Program-made: the position numbers and the translations under genes
Virus record (IMG/VR): IMGVR_UViG_3300047444_000617
Span: 1 to 64,000 of that record
Reading direction: 5' to 3' (one strand)
DNA from: a virus
DNA: 64,000 bases
Notes under the pieces: generated by a model
The model's database searches: none
Told to the model about the DNA's origin: nothing
Seen by the model: only the letters and a program-made list of their open reading frames with translations
In this document: in pieces, positions 1 through 9,242 of the stretch
How positions within the stretch are numbered: position 1 is the first letter of the stretch
How the letters are laid out: the number at the start of each line of letters is the position of its first letter

Positions 1-391
1 CGGAGACGCCGCCTTGCTGGCCCATCTCCCAGAGCAACTGCTCCTTGCGGTTGTCCACCTCCCAGGCACGCTTCAAAAGCGCCGGGATGATGTGCTCGTA
101 CTGCTTCACGCTCTTGAAGTGGACGCCTCGTCCGAACGTGAAGTTGTTGATGTAGTCGGCGAACGCCTTCACGTAGTTGAACGTGATCTGCGCTTCGCCT
201 GCCTCGCGCCGGTACCCCCAGTGGTGTCCCAGGTAGTATGCAAAGTTCTGGCTGTACCGGTTGAGGCGCGGGCCGTGTACTTCGAACTCCTCGTCGGCCA
301 ATTCGACCAGGCCGAGAGGCGAGATCGACACAGTGAGGTCAGATCCCGAAGCCCGCATGCTGGGGCTTGCGAACGAAATGGCACCGCTCAT
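1..391 (-). CDS. Portal protein, N-terminal part (runs off window)
   Basis: Open frame from ATG 391 with no stop before the window edge (MSGAISFASPSMRASGSDLTVSISPLGLVELADEEFEVHGPRLNRY...). Resembles portal N-termini of Bxz1-like actinophage myoviruses as I recall them; lies downstream of terminase. Not in ORF track. Confidence 0.7.
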   Translation of the reverse strand, partial: MSGAISFASPSMRASGSDLTVSISPLGLVELADEEFEVHGPRLNRYSQNFAYYLGHHWGYRREAGEAQITFNYVKAFADYINNFTFGRGVHFKSVKQYEHIIPALLKRAWEVDNRKEQLLWEMGQQGGVS

Positions 392-408
392 GACTGAAGT
401 ACTCCGAC

Positions 409-699
409 TCAGATCTCGATGACGCGAGTCGGCTTCATCTGCCGTGTCTCACGCTTGGCCTTGGCGCGGGTCTCGAAAGGCTCTCCGCGCGGCACGACGT
501 TCCCGCTGGGCAGGACCTCGTGAAGGACGTATTGCCGCTTGCGGTCGCCTTCCTCGGTTTCCACGGGAATTCCGCGTACGAGGTAGCGGCCGTCGATGAG
601 GGCCTTCCCTACCGTGTCGCCCTTTTCGAGGGGAAGGCGGGAAAGGACCTCATCGAGGGAGGCGCGCGGAGACCTGCGGCGGTCGTTGAAGGCGACCAA
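409..699 (-). CDS. Hypothetical protein (head module)
   Basis: 96-aa ORF packed between neighbours, GC-typical codons. Confidence 0.65.
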   Translation of the reverse strand: MVAFNDRRRSPRASLDEVLSRLPLEKGDTVGKALIDGRYLVRGIPVETEEGDRKRQYVLHEVLPSGNVVPRGEPFETRAKAKRETRQMKPTRVIEI

Positions 700-704
700 G
701 GGGA

Positions 705-1103
705 TCAGTCCTCGACGACGGCCGGAGAGATGCGCTCGTACCGGCGGCCGTTGCGGTTGACCTGCTCGTAGGAGACCTCCGCGTAGTCGGCGAAGGAGCC
801 CTGGGCGAACTCGTTGAGGTAGGTCGGTGCCTCGACCCAGGATGCGGAGCCGACGTGGACGCGCTCGGCCATGGTCTCGGCCGGGGACTTCTCGTAGACG
901 TTCGCGTTGTGGTTGGGGCGGCCGGGCGCGGTCAGGTAGCCCTGCATCGCGCCCTTGGTGAACTCGTTGGGGACGTCGGTGTCGGTGGCCACGCCCTCCT
1001 CGAACCGCAGCGGCCCGCGCCGGACGGAGTTCTCGGCGAACTTGCGCTCATAGACCGTGCCGACGCGCTCCTGTGCCTGCGGGTCGGGTGCGAGATTTGC
1101 CAT
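705..1103 (-). CDS. Conserved hypothetical virion-module protein
   Basis: 132 aa, RBS upstream, between terminase and portal. Confidence 0.7.
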   Translation of the reverse strand: MANLAPDPQAQERVGTVYERKFAENSVRRGPLRFEEGVATDTDVPNEFTKGAMQGYLTAPGRPNHNANVYEKSPAETMAERVHVGSASWVEAPTYLNEFAQGSFADYAEVSYEQVNRNGRRYERISPAVVED

Positions 1104-1166
1104 TCCTGAATCCTCTTCCGGTAACCGGGTAACGGTATAAGCGTAGGAGGAAGCAAGAATTGATTG

Positions 1167-1595
1167 TTAACTAGCGATAGCCACGGGCAGCGCGAAAAGG
1201 CTGACCGGAGATACCGTGGCGGCCGGGACGGTGATGTCCCACTCGCTGCCGCCGGGGAAGCATTCCTTGACGTGCCAGGTGAATGCCGGGGTCACTCCGG
1301 CCACATCGGTGGCCAGCAGGGACACGGTCAGCAGGCCCTTGTCGATGCGCGAGTTGATCTCATGGAGCCACACCACGGTGTCCCCGTCGGCCACGCGGCG
1401 CACGGAGGGGGTGAAGCGGACCATCGACCCGTTCAGGGCGTCGTTCTGGTCGTCCACGTACTTGGCGGTGATGTCCACCGAGGTGAATCCGGGAGGCACC
1501 GTCACCGGCGCGGTGGTGTCGCCCGCCACGGTGGAGGGCTGCTGGGCCGTCCACCCGATCGAGGCCCATTCGTCGCCGTACCAGTCGTTGGCCAT
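1167..1595 (-). CDS. Hypothetical beta-rich structural protein
   Basis: ATG 1595 after AAGGAA, directly behind terminase stop. Confidence 0.6.
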   Translation of the reverse strand: MANDWYGDEWASIGWTAQQPSTVAGDTTAPVTVPPGFTSVDITAKYVDDQNDALNGSMVRFTPSVRRVADGDTVVWLHEINSRIDKGLLTVSLLATDVAGVTPAFTWHVKECFPGGSEWDITVPAATVSPVSLFALPVAIAS

Positions 1596-1603
1596 GTCGT
1601 TCC

Positions 1604-3178
1604 TTACCGATGGAATTGGGAGTTGCTGACTTCGACCTCGGGCATGGTGAACTCCTTGGTCAGGACGCACGCCAGCGCCAGCGAGTCGGCGTAGTCGTCG
1701 TGTGCGTCGGCCGCGCGGGGCGCCTGGGCCAGCACGTAGGGGCCCTCGAAGTTCTTCTCCAGGTCTTCCATCTGCTGGCGGAAGCGCTTGTAGGACTTCA
1801 GGCGGCGGGTGTACGCGTGCGCGGGCCAGGTCAGCAGGCCCCGGTCCATCAGTTCCATCAGGTGCTTCCAGCGCTTGGACTGCTCGGGGCGCTGGGAGGA
1901 CAGGGGCACGATGGTGAGGTCGGGCAGCAGGACCTTCAGGCGGGATATGACGACGTCACCGACGCCGCCCTCGTCGACCGCGATGGCCATCACGTTGTAG
2001 TTCCGCACGAACTCCACGATGCGGAAGTACTGGGCTTCCCAATCCAGTCCGCCGAGGTCGAGCCAGTTCAGGATGCGGTGCTCCATGAAGCCGTACTCGT
2101 CCGGCCGGTCCCAGCGCACCCACACCGCCGTGACGATCGTCGAGTCCTGCTTGCGGGCAGGGTCGATACCGATGACGACAGGCGTGGCGTGGTAGGCGTG
2201 GACGGCCTGCATGGACACATCGCCCAGCTCGTCCAGGCGCTCGCTGGTGGTGAACATGCCCTTGTCGAGCAGCCATATCAAGCGGTAACTCAGTTTGAAC
2301 TCGTCGGAGTCCTCACCGATGCGCAGCAGTTCCTTCTTGACGAACTTGGCGTAGTTCTCGTTCCACTTCGAGACTTCCTTCCAGTCCGCGTCGAAGTGGT
2401 TCTGCCGCGAGCCGCGCCGGGTCGCTGCGCGCTTGTTGAGTTGGATCTGGTTGTAGAAGACACCCTTCTCGTAGGTCGGGGTGCCGGTGAAGACCATGGT
2501 CGCGTTCGTCGAGGCGCCCATCGGCCCGATCGACTTGTTGACCATCTTCTCGTCGGCGCCCTGGCACTCGTCGATGAGGATCAGGTGGTAGGTGCGGCCT
2601 TCGATGGTGGCGCGGGGGTGGCAGGTCTGCTTGCGGACCAGGGAGCCGCTGCGCTTGAGGGAGATGGAGCGGCCCTTGCCCTGCACGGTGTCGTCGATCT
2701 CGGGGTCGGCCATGATTTCCAGGGCGTGTTCACTGGTCAGGCGGGCCACGATGCGGCCGTAGAGGTTGTCGGCCTGCTCCTCGACGGGAGCGAAGGCGCC
2801 GACCCACAGGCCTTCCTTGTACTTGCCCAGCAGGTCGGGGAAGATCTTCGCCAGCCGGGGGAACATGATCATGCAGGCGGCGACGGTGTTGGCCACGGTC
2901 TCGGACTTGCCGGACTGGCGGGCGAACAGCGCGGTGAGCGTGGCGCCGTCGTTGATGATCAGCGACTCGATCAGGCGGGCCGCGAAGGGGCGCTGGTATC
3001 CGTACAGCGGGTGGCCGGAGACTTCATCGACGATGAGCAGCATCTTCGAGACGATCTGGTCGACGAATGCCTGGCTGGTCTGGTCGAGCACCACTTCGGT
3101 GTCGAGCCGCGCCTGACGCTCCTCGTCGGTTTCGTCGCTGATGAAATCGTCGTACTCGACGTCCTCCGCTGCAGACAT
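1604..3178 (-). CDS. terL: Terminase large subunit
   Basis: Walker A ARQSGKS, Walker B LILIDE, nuclease motifs GIDPAR and HDDYADS. Confidence 0.92.
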   Translation of the reverse strand: MSAAEDVEYDDFISDETDEERQARLDTEVVLDQTSQAFVDQIVSKMLLIVDEVSGHPLYGYQRPFAARLIESLIINDGATLTALFARQSGKSETVANTVAACMIMFPRLAKIFPDLLGKYKEGLWVGAFAPVEEQADNLYGRIVARLTSEHALEIMADPEIDDTVQGKGRSISLKRSGSLVRKQTCHPRATIEGRTYHLILIDECQGADEKMVNKSIGPMGASTNATMVFTGTPTYEKGVFYNQIQLNKRAATRRGSRQNHFDADWKEVSKWNENYAKFVKKELLRIGEDSDEFKLSYRLIWLLDKGMFTTSERLDELGDVSMQAVHAYHATPVVIGIDPARKQDSTIVTAVWVRWDRPDEYGFMEHRILNWLDLGGLDWEAQYFRIVEFVRNYNVMAIAVDEGGVGDVVISRLKVLLPDLTIVPLSSQRPEQSKRWKHLMELMDRGLLTWPAHAYTRRLKSYKRFRQQMEDLEKNFEGPYVLAQAPRAADAHDDYADSLALACVLTKEFTMPEVEVSNSQFHR

Positions 3179-3246
3179 GAACTAACCCCGATCCCGGTTT
3201 TCTTCTCCGGAATCGAGGTTAGGTGTTATTTGCTACGTGTTTATAA

Positions 3247-3522
3247 TTACCGTTTCTTCGGCGTCTTTCTGATGTTCCGGAGGACCAGGATCTGCTGGAC
3301 CCGCTGCCGGGTCATCTGGAACATCCCGCCCACCATCTCGTGGGTGTACGCGCCCCTCTTGGACAGGTACACCGCCTCGATCAGTGCGTCCCGGGCCTCC
3401 GTGGACACCGCCGGGTAGTCGGTGGCGCACATGCCGTCGCAGTACACCTGGGTATCCCGCTTGGCCACGCCCAGGATCCTGCGGCAGCCCCTGCAGCGGA
3501 TGTCGACCAGGTCACTGCTCAT
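3247..3522 (-). CDS. Zn-finger plus sigma-region-4-like HTH protein
   Basis: CRGC...YCDGMC and THEMVGGMFQMTRQRVQQI. Confidence 0.65.
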   Translation of the reverse strand: MSSDLVDIRCRGCRRILGVAKRDTQVYCDGMCATDYPAVSTEARDALIEAVYLSKRGAYTHEMVGGMFQMTRQRVQQILVLRNIRKTPKKR

Positions 3523-3766
3523 CGCGCAACGCCTCCGCCCCGCCACCGTTCTCGTGCCAGGCGCTCTCCACACCCTGCAAGACCTCGTGCAGCAGGCCGA
3601 GCGGGAAGGTCATCCCCCGCCCGTAGTCGTCCAGGGACGGCACGTACTCCCGCAGGTCGATGAACAGCCCGTCCTGCGGACTCTGCACCGTCGAGACGTG
3701 GATCTCCTTGTCCGCCACGTACTGGACCCGTGCGTGGATCTTTCGCTGCTCCGCCAGACTGTCCAT
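3512..3766 (-). CDS. PC4/YdbC-like ssDNA-binding protein
   Basis: FIDLREY...GRGMTFPL pattern of the PC4 fold. Confidence 0.6.
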   Translation of the reverse strand: MDSLAEQRKIHARVQYVADKEIHVSTVQSPQDGLFIDLREYVPSLDDYGRGMTFPLGLLHEVLQGVESAWHENGGGAEALRDEQ

Positions 3767-3878
3767 AACTCCTCCAAGTCAACTACCCTCTACCCTACTC
3801 CCACGCAAGCGACTTGTCGAGAACGCTTGTCGAGCGTAGGGTGTGTGGACTGGCACAGCTACGTGGACGGAGAGAGTG

Positions 3879-4109
3879 ATGGATGACTGGAACCTGCAAA
3901 ACGGCGTGCAGCGCGCAACCGGCTCCGAGGAACTGGACGCCCTGCAGCAGCGGGAGTTGCGGTCCGAGCAGATGCGGTTCTACCAAAACGCCAATGCACC
4001 CGAGTCCCATGGCATCGGCGGCTGGGCGGGCCTCAAGGAGGCCGCCGCAGGGGTGCTTCTCGTGCTCGTCCTCGGGCTGTTCGTCAAATACGTGCTCGGC
4101 ATCGGCTGA
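3879..4109 (+). CDS. Small membrane protein
   Basis: GGAGAG RBS, C-terminal hydrophobic helix; promoter-like TTGTCG-N17-TAGGGT upstream. Confidence 0.6.
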   Translation: MDDWNLQNGVQRATGSEELDALQQRELRSEQMRFYQNANAPESHGIGGWAGLKEAAAGVLLVLVLGLFVKYVLGIG

Positions 4110-4150
4110 CAGCAGAGTTAGTTACGCCTGGAGGTAACTAACTCTGCTGT
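4109..4150. repeat. 17-8-17 perfect inverted repeat (bidirectional terminator or recombination site)
   Basis: ACAGCAGAGTTAGTTAC-GCCTGGAG-GTAACTAACTCTGCTGT between convergent genes. Confidence 0.85.
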
Positions 4151-4154
4151 TACC

Positions 4155-5231
4155 TCACTGCGCCCGGCGCAGCGGGACGACGTTGTCCTGCGACACCATC
4201 GCTGTCAGGAACGGCTTGCCCTTCATCGTCAGATCCCGGCGCTTGCGCTCACTGGACAGCCCCAGGTACCTCTCGGTGGTGGCCATGTTCGAGTGATGCA
4301 GCAGTGCCGATACCGTCCGCAGCGCCGCGTCGTACCCCAGCTCGGTGGACATCGAGTCGAAGTACGCGCGAGCGACCGCACGGCGCAGGGTGTGCGTCCC
4401 CTCGTAGCGCGTCGGCAGCCCCAGCGCCTCCAGCGCGGCCTTCACGATCTTCTCCGTGCGCTGCACCGGCCGGTCGGGGTGCCACACATACGGGGTGCGC
4501 TCCAGCACGCGGCGCCCCGTGGTCTCGTCCAGGTAGTTGCGCGCGATCAGGTTCCCCGACCGCGCCGGGAACAGGTGGTCCTCGTCGCGCAGCGGTCGGC
4601 CCAGGAGCTGCTGGTACTCGACCATCCACGCGCGCAGCTCCCTCTCCAGGTCAGCGGTCAGCGGCATCTCGTCCTCCTCCCGCGTCTTGATCACCGTGAC
4701 GAACAGCTCCGAGCGGGCGAAGTCGACGTCCCCGACCTTCATGCCGGTGATCTCGCTGGCACGGCAGGCGGTGTTGATCGCGGTCGCCAGGTAGGCCCGG
4801 TGCATCTGGCACTGCGCCTGGTCCAGCAGCATCAGCAGGATGGACGGCGCGGGCTGCTGCCGCTTGCGCCGGGGTTCCGGCAGCGCCTCGACACCGCTGA
4901 GGTAGTTCTCCAGGTGGGTGTATCCCTCGGCCTTGCAGAAGCCGAAGAAGCATTTCAGCCGCTTGCGGTACGCGTTGTGCGTGCCCGGCCCGACCGGCTC
5001 ACGCACCGGCTGCCCCTTGATACGGGTGGAGTGGGTGTCCATCAGACCGCCGGGGCCATAGAAGAAGTCGCGCACGTTCTGGGCCGAGAGCTGCTCGAAG
5101 CTGGGATCCCCCAGGTGCGCGGTGAACCGGGGCAGCAGGGTGCGGTCCACCCGCATGGTGTTGTCGGCCTTGCCCGAGCGCTGGCGGATGGCCAGGTACT
5201 CGGCGACAGCGCTGCTCAGTGCGATGGTCAC
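4155..5231 (-). CDS. Tyrosine recombinase/integrase
   Basis: TACRASE (R), HTLRR (H-x-x-R), LLHHS, TTERY (catalytic Y). Confidence 0.92.
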   Translation of the reverse strand: MTIALSSAVAEYLAIRQRSGKADNTMRVDRTLLPRFTAHLGDPSFEQLSAQNVRDFFYGPGGLMDTHSTRIKGQPVREPVGPGTHNAYRKRLKCFFGFCKAEGYTHLENYLSGVEALPEPRRKRQQPAPSILLMLLDQAQCQMHRAYLATAINTACRASEITGMKVGDVDFARSELFVTVIKTREEDEMPLTADLERELRAWMVEYQQLLGRPLRDEDHLFPARSGNLIARNYLDETTGRRVLERTPYVWHPDRPVQRTEKIVKAALEALGLPTRYEGTHTLRRAVARAYFDSMSTELGYDAALRTVSALLHHSNMATTERYLGLSSERKRRDLTMKGKPFLTAMVSQDNVVPLRRAQ

Positions 5232-5261
5232 GCGTCCTCCTGGAGTGGGGCTGATGGCATC

Positions 5262-5290
5262 ACACTACTCACGACAAGCGATCCCCGCAA
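5262..5290 (-). promoter_or_regulatory. Sigma70/HrdB-type promoter for the tyrosine recombinase
   Basis: TTGCGG-N17-TAGTGT followed by CCCCACTCCAGGAGG leader. Confidence 0.5.
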
Positions 5291-5346
5291 CTAGCTTGCA
5301 TGAAGAGATGTAGCGGTATCCGCGAATCGGTATTACGATGCCGGAC

Positions 5347-5502
5347 ATGACAGCAGCAACCGCCCCTCGGGCGCTTCATACCCAGGCCCCCGGGCCCATG
5401 ACCGAACAAGAGTGGCTGGACCACTACCTCAGCCAGGCCCCCTACCTACCCGACGAGGCCGTGGACCACGTCCTCGCCATCTACCAACTGGAGCGTGTAT
5501 AG
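5347..5502 (+). CDS. 51-aa micro-protein, paralogue of 7179-7283
   Basis: ...MTEQEWLDHYLSQAPYLPDEAVDHVLAIYQLERV; TACGAT just upstream suggests leaderless start; below ORF-track cutoff. Confidence 0.55.
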   Translation: MTAATAPRALHTQAPGPMTEQEWLDHYLSQAPYLPDEAVDHVLAIYQLERV

Positions 5503-5506
5503 GTAA

Positions 5507-5545
5507 GGAGTGGACCCGCCTCTCTGCATGGGGCGGGTCCACTCC
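5507..5545. terminator. Hairpin terminator between convergent genes
   Basis: GGAGTGGACCCGCC...GGCGGGTCCACTCC. Confidence 0.7.
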
Positions 5546-5555
5546 TGTGTTCCGA

Positions 5556-7049
5556 TCACGCCGCTGTGAACACCGGCTCGATCCTGCTGGGGTCGAACCT
5601 CGCACCACGGGACTTGGCCGGATGCATGAGGGCGGTCACCAGCACCGTACGCACCACGTCACGCTGCCGCTCCAGCGACAACCCCGTCCAGCCGCTCTCC
5701 AGCACCGCCTTCTCGATAGGCTGCTCGGCCGACGTGATGAACAGAGCCTTGTCCGCCCGCAGAGCGTCGCGCTCCTGCTCCAAGGACTCCAGCGTGGTGG
5801 CGTAAATGGCCGCACGGATCTCGCGCTTGGACCACTTCGCCTTCAGCTCCGCAATGTCCTTCTCCACCAGCGTCAGCTCGTTGTCACGCCCCCAGGAGAC
5901 CGTCTTCTTGACGTCCCGCGCGGCCAACGACCGCTGCAGCGAACCCCACACGAGCTTGCGGACAAGCTCGTCCGTCGGGCCGCCAGAGATGGACAGCGCA
6001 CCGCACTGGTCGGCGAATCGCTTCTCGCACACATAGGCGTACGACCTCTGCTTGCCCCTCTTCTTGTCCCACACAGGAATGCCCCGCAGCTTGTACCCGC
6101 AGCGCCCGCAGCGCGCGATCCCGGACAGCAGGTACTTCGTCGTCGTGTCCCGGGATTCCTTGCGCTGCCGCTTTGCGATGGTGGCCATGACGGCTTCCCA
6201 CTTCTCGACGGTCATGATTGCGGGCCAGTCACCCATGACGTAGTTGCCGTCGTCGTCTTTCAGGGGCTCCCCCTGGTAGACGCGAATACCCGCGTTGCGG
6301 GCGCGCATGAGGAGCTTGCGCACGTTCTGCTGGGAGAAGGGCTTGCCGTTGTTCGGGCTGACTACCCCCGCCTCTTGCCAGCGGATCTGAATGGTGCCCA
6401 TCTTGTCGCCAGCGATGAAGGCATCGGCCCCGTCGTTGAGCACCTTGGCGGCTTTCGGATCCACCTTCTTGCGGTCGTCAGGATCCCAACCGTATGCAGG
6501 CGTTCCTCCGTGGAACTCCCCGTGCTCGGCCTTGCGCTTGTTCTCCCGCTTGATACGGCGAGAGGTGTCCTCCGAGGACTTGTTCGCGATGTTCACGAAC
6601 AGGCGCGCAGAGAAGCGGCCGTCAGCGGTGGTGAGGTCGAAGTTCTGGCCGGACAGCGTGTCGAAGACCAGCGGAATCTTGGTGGTCTCGTACACGTCGA
6701 TGACGCGCTCAAGGTCCCGTGGCTGGCGGAAGATGCGGTCGATGTCGTAACCGAGTATTCCCCCCAGCCGCTTGGCCTTGAGGTCTCCGACCATGCGCTC
6801 GAAGTCCTTGCGCTTCACGGTCCGCTGGAAGGCCGAGAGGTTGTTGTCCTCGTAGAAGACGACCCTCTCGGGGACGATGCCATGCCGCTCAGCGAGTCCA
6901 AGGATGTCCTCGCGCTGCTTCAGGACGCCCTTACGCTCCCGCTCCTCCGCCTCCTCCAAGGTCATCAAGCCCAGCTTGACCGCGCGGCGGATCTCCGTGA
7001 GGTCTGCGTCCGAGATGCGCAGGTAGCCGCCAACTGGTAGCAGTTCCAT
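5556..7049 (-). CDS. Large serine recombinase (integrase type)
   Basis: YLRIS catalytic motif, DIDRIFR, recombinase domain, Zn ribbon LSGIARCGRCG, coiled coil; start chosen at ATG 7049. Confidence 0.93.
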   Translation of the reverse strand: MELLPVGGYLRISDADLTEIRRAVKLGLMTLEEAEERERKGVLKQREDILGLAERHGIVPERVVFYEDNNLSAFQRTVKRKDFERMVGDLKAKRLGGILGYDIDRIFRQPRDLERVIDVYETTKIPLVFDTLSGQNFDLTTADGRFSARLFVNIANKSSEDTSRRIKRENKRKAEHGEFHGGTPAYGWDPDDRKKVDPKAAKVLNDGADAFIAGDKMGTIQIRWQEAGVVSPNNGKPFSQQNVRKLLMRARNAGIRVYQGEPLKDDDGNYVMGDWPAIMTVEKWEAVMATIAKRQRKESRDTTTKYLLSGIARCGRCGYKLRGIPVWDKKRGKQRSYAYVCEKRFADQCGALSISGGPTDELVRKLVWGSLQRSLAARDVKKTVSWGRDNELTLVEKDIAELKAKWSKREIRAAIYATTLESLEQERDALRADKALFITSAEQPIEKAVLESGWTGLSLERQRDVVRTVLVTALMHPAKSRGARFDPSRIEPVFTAA

Positions 7050-7178
7050 GCGAGAATACCCCCCTAACCACGGCGTTGGCGGTTGATACCGCCGTGTTAG
7101 GACGATACCATCAAGTTCAACCCACCGCCCACGCGGTAGGTTGAGAATGTTAGTTCTCGACCGGAGGCCTGACCTGCG

Positions 7179-7283
7179 ATGATGACCGAAGAAGAGTGGT
7201 TGAAGCACTGGGCGTCGAAAGCTCCCGCCATCCCCGACGAGCGTCTTCGAGAGCTGCTGAACAAGATCAAGTGCGAGGAGTAG
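7179..7283 (+). CDS. 34-aa micro-protein, paralogue of 5347-5502
   Basis: GGAGG RBS; MMTEEEWLKHWASKAPAIPDERLRELLNKIKCEE. Confidence 0.55.
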   Translation: MMTEEEWLKHWASKAPAIPDERLRELLNKIKCEE

Positions 7284-7357
7284 CCGCCTCCCGCACACAC
7301 GCTGGGCACCGATTGCGCCTTCTCTCCTGCATACGGGAGGGAAGGCGCAATGTTGTT

Positions 7358-7627
7358 TCAGGCCTCGCGGCGGATGAGGACGTCGAGCACCCCGAGCAGG
7401 CTCTGCGCGCCCTGGCGTGCTTCCAGCAGGCTCTCGGGGGTCGCTTGCTTACGGTAGTCGTCCAGGGCCTTGGCCAGGCCGCTGCCGACGCTGTCGGCCC
7501 AGTCGAGTACGTCGACCGTGGGCAGCCGGTCCAGGCGCTTGGCCGCCTTGGCGCGGGTGGGGTCGACCACGTCCACTACGCCGTCGGCGCCCTGCCAGAG
7601 TCCCTTCAGAAAAGCCCAAGCGCGCAC
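7358..7627 (-). CDS. Hypothetical protein (start uncertain)
   Basis: ORF track, helical protein-like content. Confidence 0.55.
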   Translation of the reverse strand: MRAWAFLKGLWQGADGVVDVVDPTRAKAAKRLDRLPTVDVLDWADSVGSGLAKALDDYRKQATPESLLEARQGAQSLLGVLDVLIRREA

Positions 7628-7708
7628 AGGACCTCGTACTCCTCTTCCATGTCGTTCGTCTTGTCCGCCACGACCCGACGGGCCGCGTCCTTCTCTTCCT
7701 CGGTGTTC

Positions 7709-8017
7709 TCAGAGGTAGGCATCGAGCACCGAGTCCGGTACCTCGTCGAAGCGCTTGGTGTCCCGGATGACTTCGGTGGACAGAGCGTTCCCGTAGCCCT
7801 GGACGGCCACGAGGAGCGCTGCGTTTTCCGTTCGCCCGGTATGGCGCCAGCGTCCGAAGACGAGCCCCTTTCCGGGCCAGATCTTGATGATCCGGGAATT
7901 GGAACAGCGGTAGGGCGGCTCGATCTCGTCGGTGGGGGCCCTATGCATGAAGGGCGTCCCGGGTTGGAGGTTTATCGGGTGCACGAAAAAGGCCCCGATG
8001 TCATGAGTGTTCGGCAT
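7709..8017 (-). CDS. Hypothetical protein
   Basis: 102-aa ORF in gene run. Confidence 0.55.
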   Translation of the reverse strand: MPNTHDIGAFFVHPINLQPGTPFMHRAPTDEIEPPYRCSNSRIIKIWPGKGLVFGRWRHTGRTENAALLVAVQGYGNALSTEVIRDTKRFDEVPDSVLDAYL

Positions 8018-8055
8018 GACAGGAGCCTATTCGTTGGGCAGCGCGTATTGGTAAG

Positions 8056-8532
8056 TCAGTTCACGCCGGTGGGTTCGTCGAGGTCGTGCTCTGGGGCGTA
8101 GGGGAAATTGTTGAGCGTGCGGTTGATGGCCCTACCTGGGCTCTTTACGCGCTTGAAGTTCCGCCACACATTCGGGGGGACGTCGTAGTAGCCGTACACC
8201 TGGCCGTTGCGGAAGCGGACCCGAAGCGTCTGGGATTCCCTGTCGTAGCCTGCGGCGAGGGTGCGCGGGCGCGGTGGGTTGATCGAGGGTGTCGGCTGGT
8301 AGGGAAGCAGGTCGAAGTCGTCGCCGTCCTTGGCCAGTTGGATGGCGCTGGCCGTTTCCTGGGACATGACGCGGCGGGAGCCTGCTCGGGCCGGGGTGCT
8401 GGCGGGCGGCTGGGGGCGTGCTGTGGCGCCTCCGAGCATGATGCGGTCGTAGGCGTTGCCCGCGCGGCCGTTGGAGCCTGACGTGTCGATCCTGGGGATC
8501 TCGGGGCCGCCTCGGCGGCGTGAAGGGGACAT
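8056..8532 (-). CDS. KTSC domain protein
   Basis: AAGYDRESQTLRVRFRNGQVYGYYDVP...SPGRAIN matches the KTSC pattern. Confidence 0.8.
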   Translation of the reverse strand: MSPSRRRGGPEIPRIDTSGSNGRAGNAYDRIMLGGATARPQPPASTPARAGSRRVMSQETASAIQLAKDGDDFDLLPYQPTPSINPPRPRTLAAGYDRESQTLRVRFRNGQVYGYYDVPPNVWRNFKRVKSPGRAINRTLNNFPYAPEHDLDEPTGVN

Positions 8533-8670
8533 GCCGTGTTCCTGTCTGCTACAGTCCTTCTCGTAGCCCCCGGGAAGTGCCTCTGCCTAGCAAGCGCCCC
8601 GGGGGATAGCTATATACGCGAACAGCCCCATCCCGATGTCGACGGGAGTGGGGCTGTTGTCGTTCTCGCG

Positions 8671-9081
8671 TCAGGCGGGGACGTTCGCCACGGTGGAGGC
8701 GATGGCCGGGACGTTGGCGAGGCCGGGAGCGGTCGCCGTGCCCGCGTTGCGTGTGCCCTCGTAGACGGCGGTGCCGTTCAGGCGGTCGTCAGCCTCGGGG
8801 CCGCCGGGGTGCGCGGCTGCCTCCTCCGGGGTCAGTACGACCAGTCCGGCGTTGGAGGTGGCCGGGTCGATGCCGATGGCGCGCTGGGCGGCGGGGTCGG
8901 GCAACTGGGCGTGGACGAAGACCTGGCCGGGGATGCCGTCCACGTTCTCGTACTTGGTGCCGTGCTGGACGGTCCAGCCAAGGTTGGGGTGGTCCCAGTC
9001 GGACGAGCGGCCGGGGACGACGGCGGGGATGGCGGCCGGGGTCTCGCCGACCGGGGCCTCGGTGTTCTTTGCAGCAGCCAC
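8671..9081 (-). CDS. Hypothetical (possible virion) protein
   Basis: GTG with GAGGAAG RBS; terminator-like hairpin at 8621-8659 follows. Confidence 0.65.
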   Translation of the reverse strand: MAAAKNTEAPVGETPAAIPAVVPGRSSDWDHPNLGWTVQHGTKYENVDGIPGQVFVHAQLPDPAAQRAIGIDPATSNAGLVVLTPEEAAAHPGGPEADDRLNGTAVYEGTRNAGTATAPGLANVPAIASTVANVPA

Positions 9082-9242
9082 TGTGCTTCCTCTTCTGTGG
9101 GTTACCGGTTTTGCTGGACTGTCCAGCCCGGCTCTTGCACCGGACCCTCTTCGTCCTCTACACGATTATGCGGGCAGTCAGGCCCTGAATAGACATGCTG
9201 GCCGTCTTCGAATACGCAACGGGATGTGTACATGTGGGTCTC

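Noticed and set aside
5231-7350. attP/attL/attR sites for the recombinases
   Set aside because: No duplicated core or host junction can be identified within the window.
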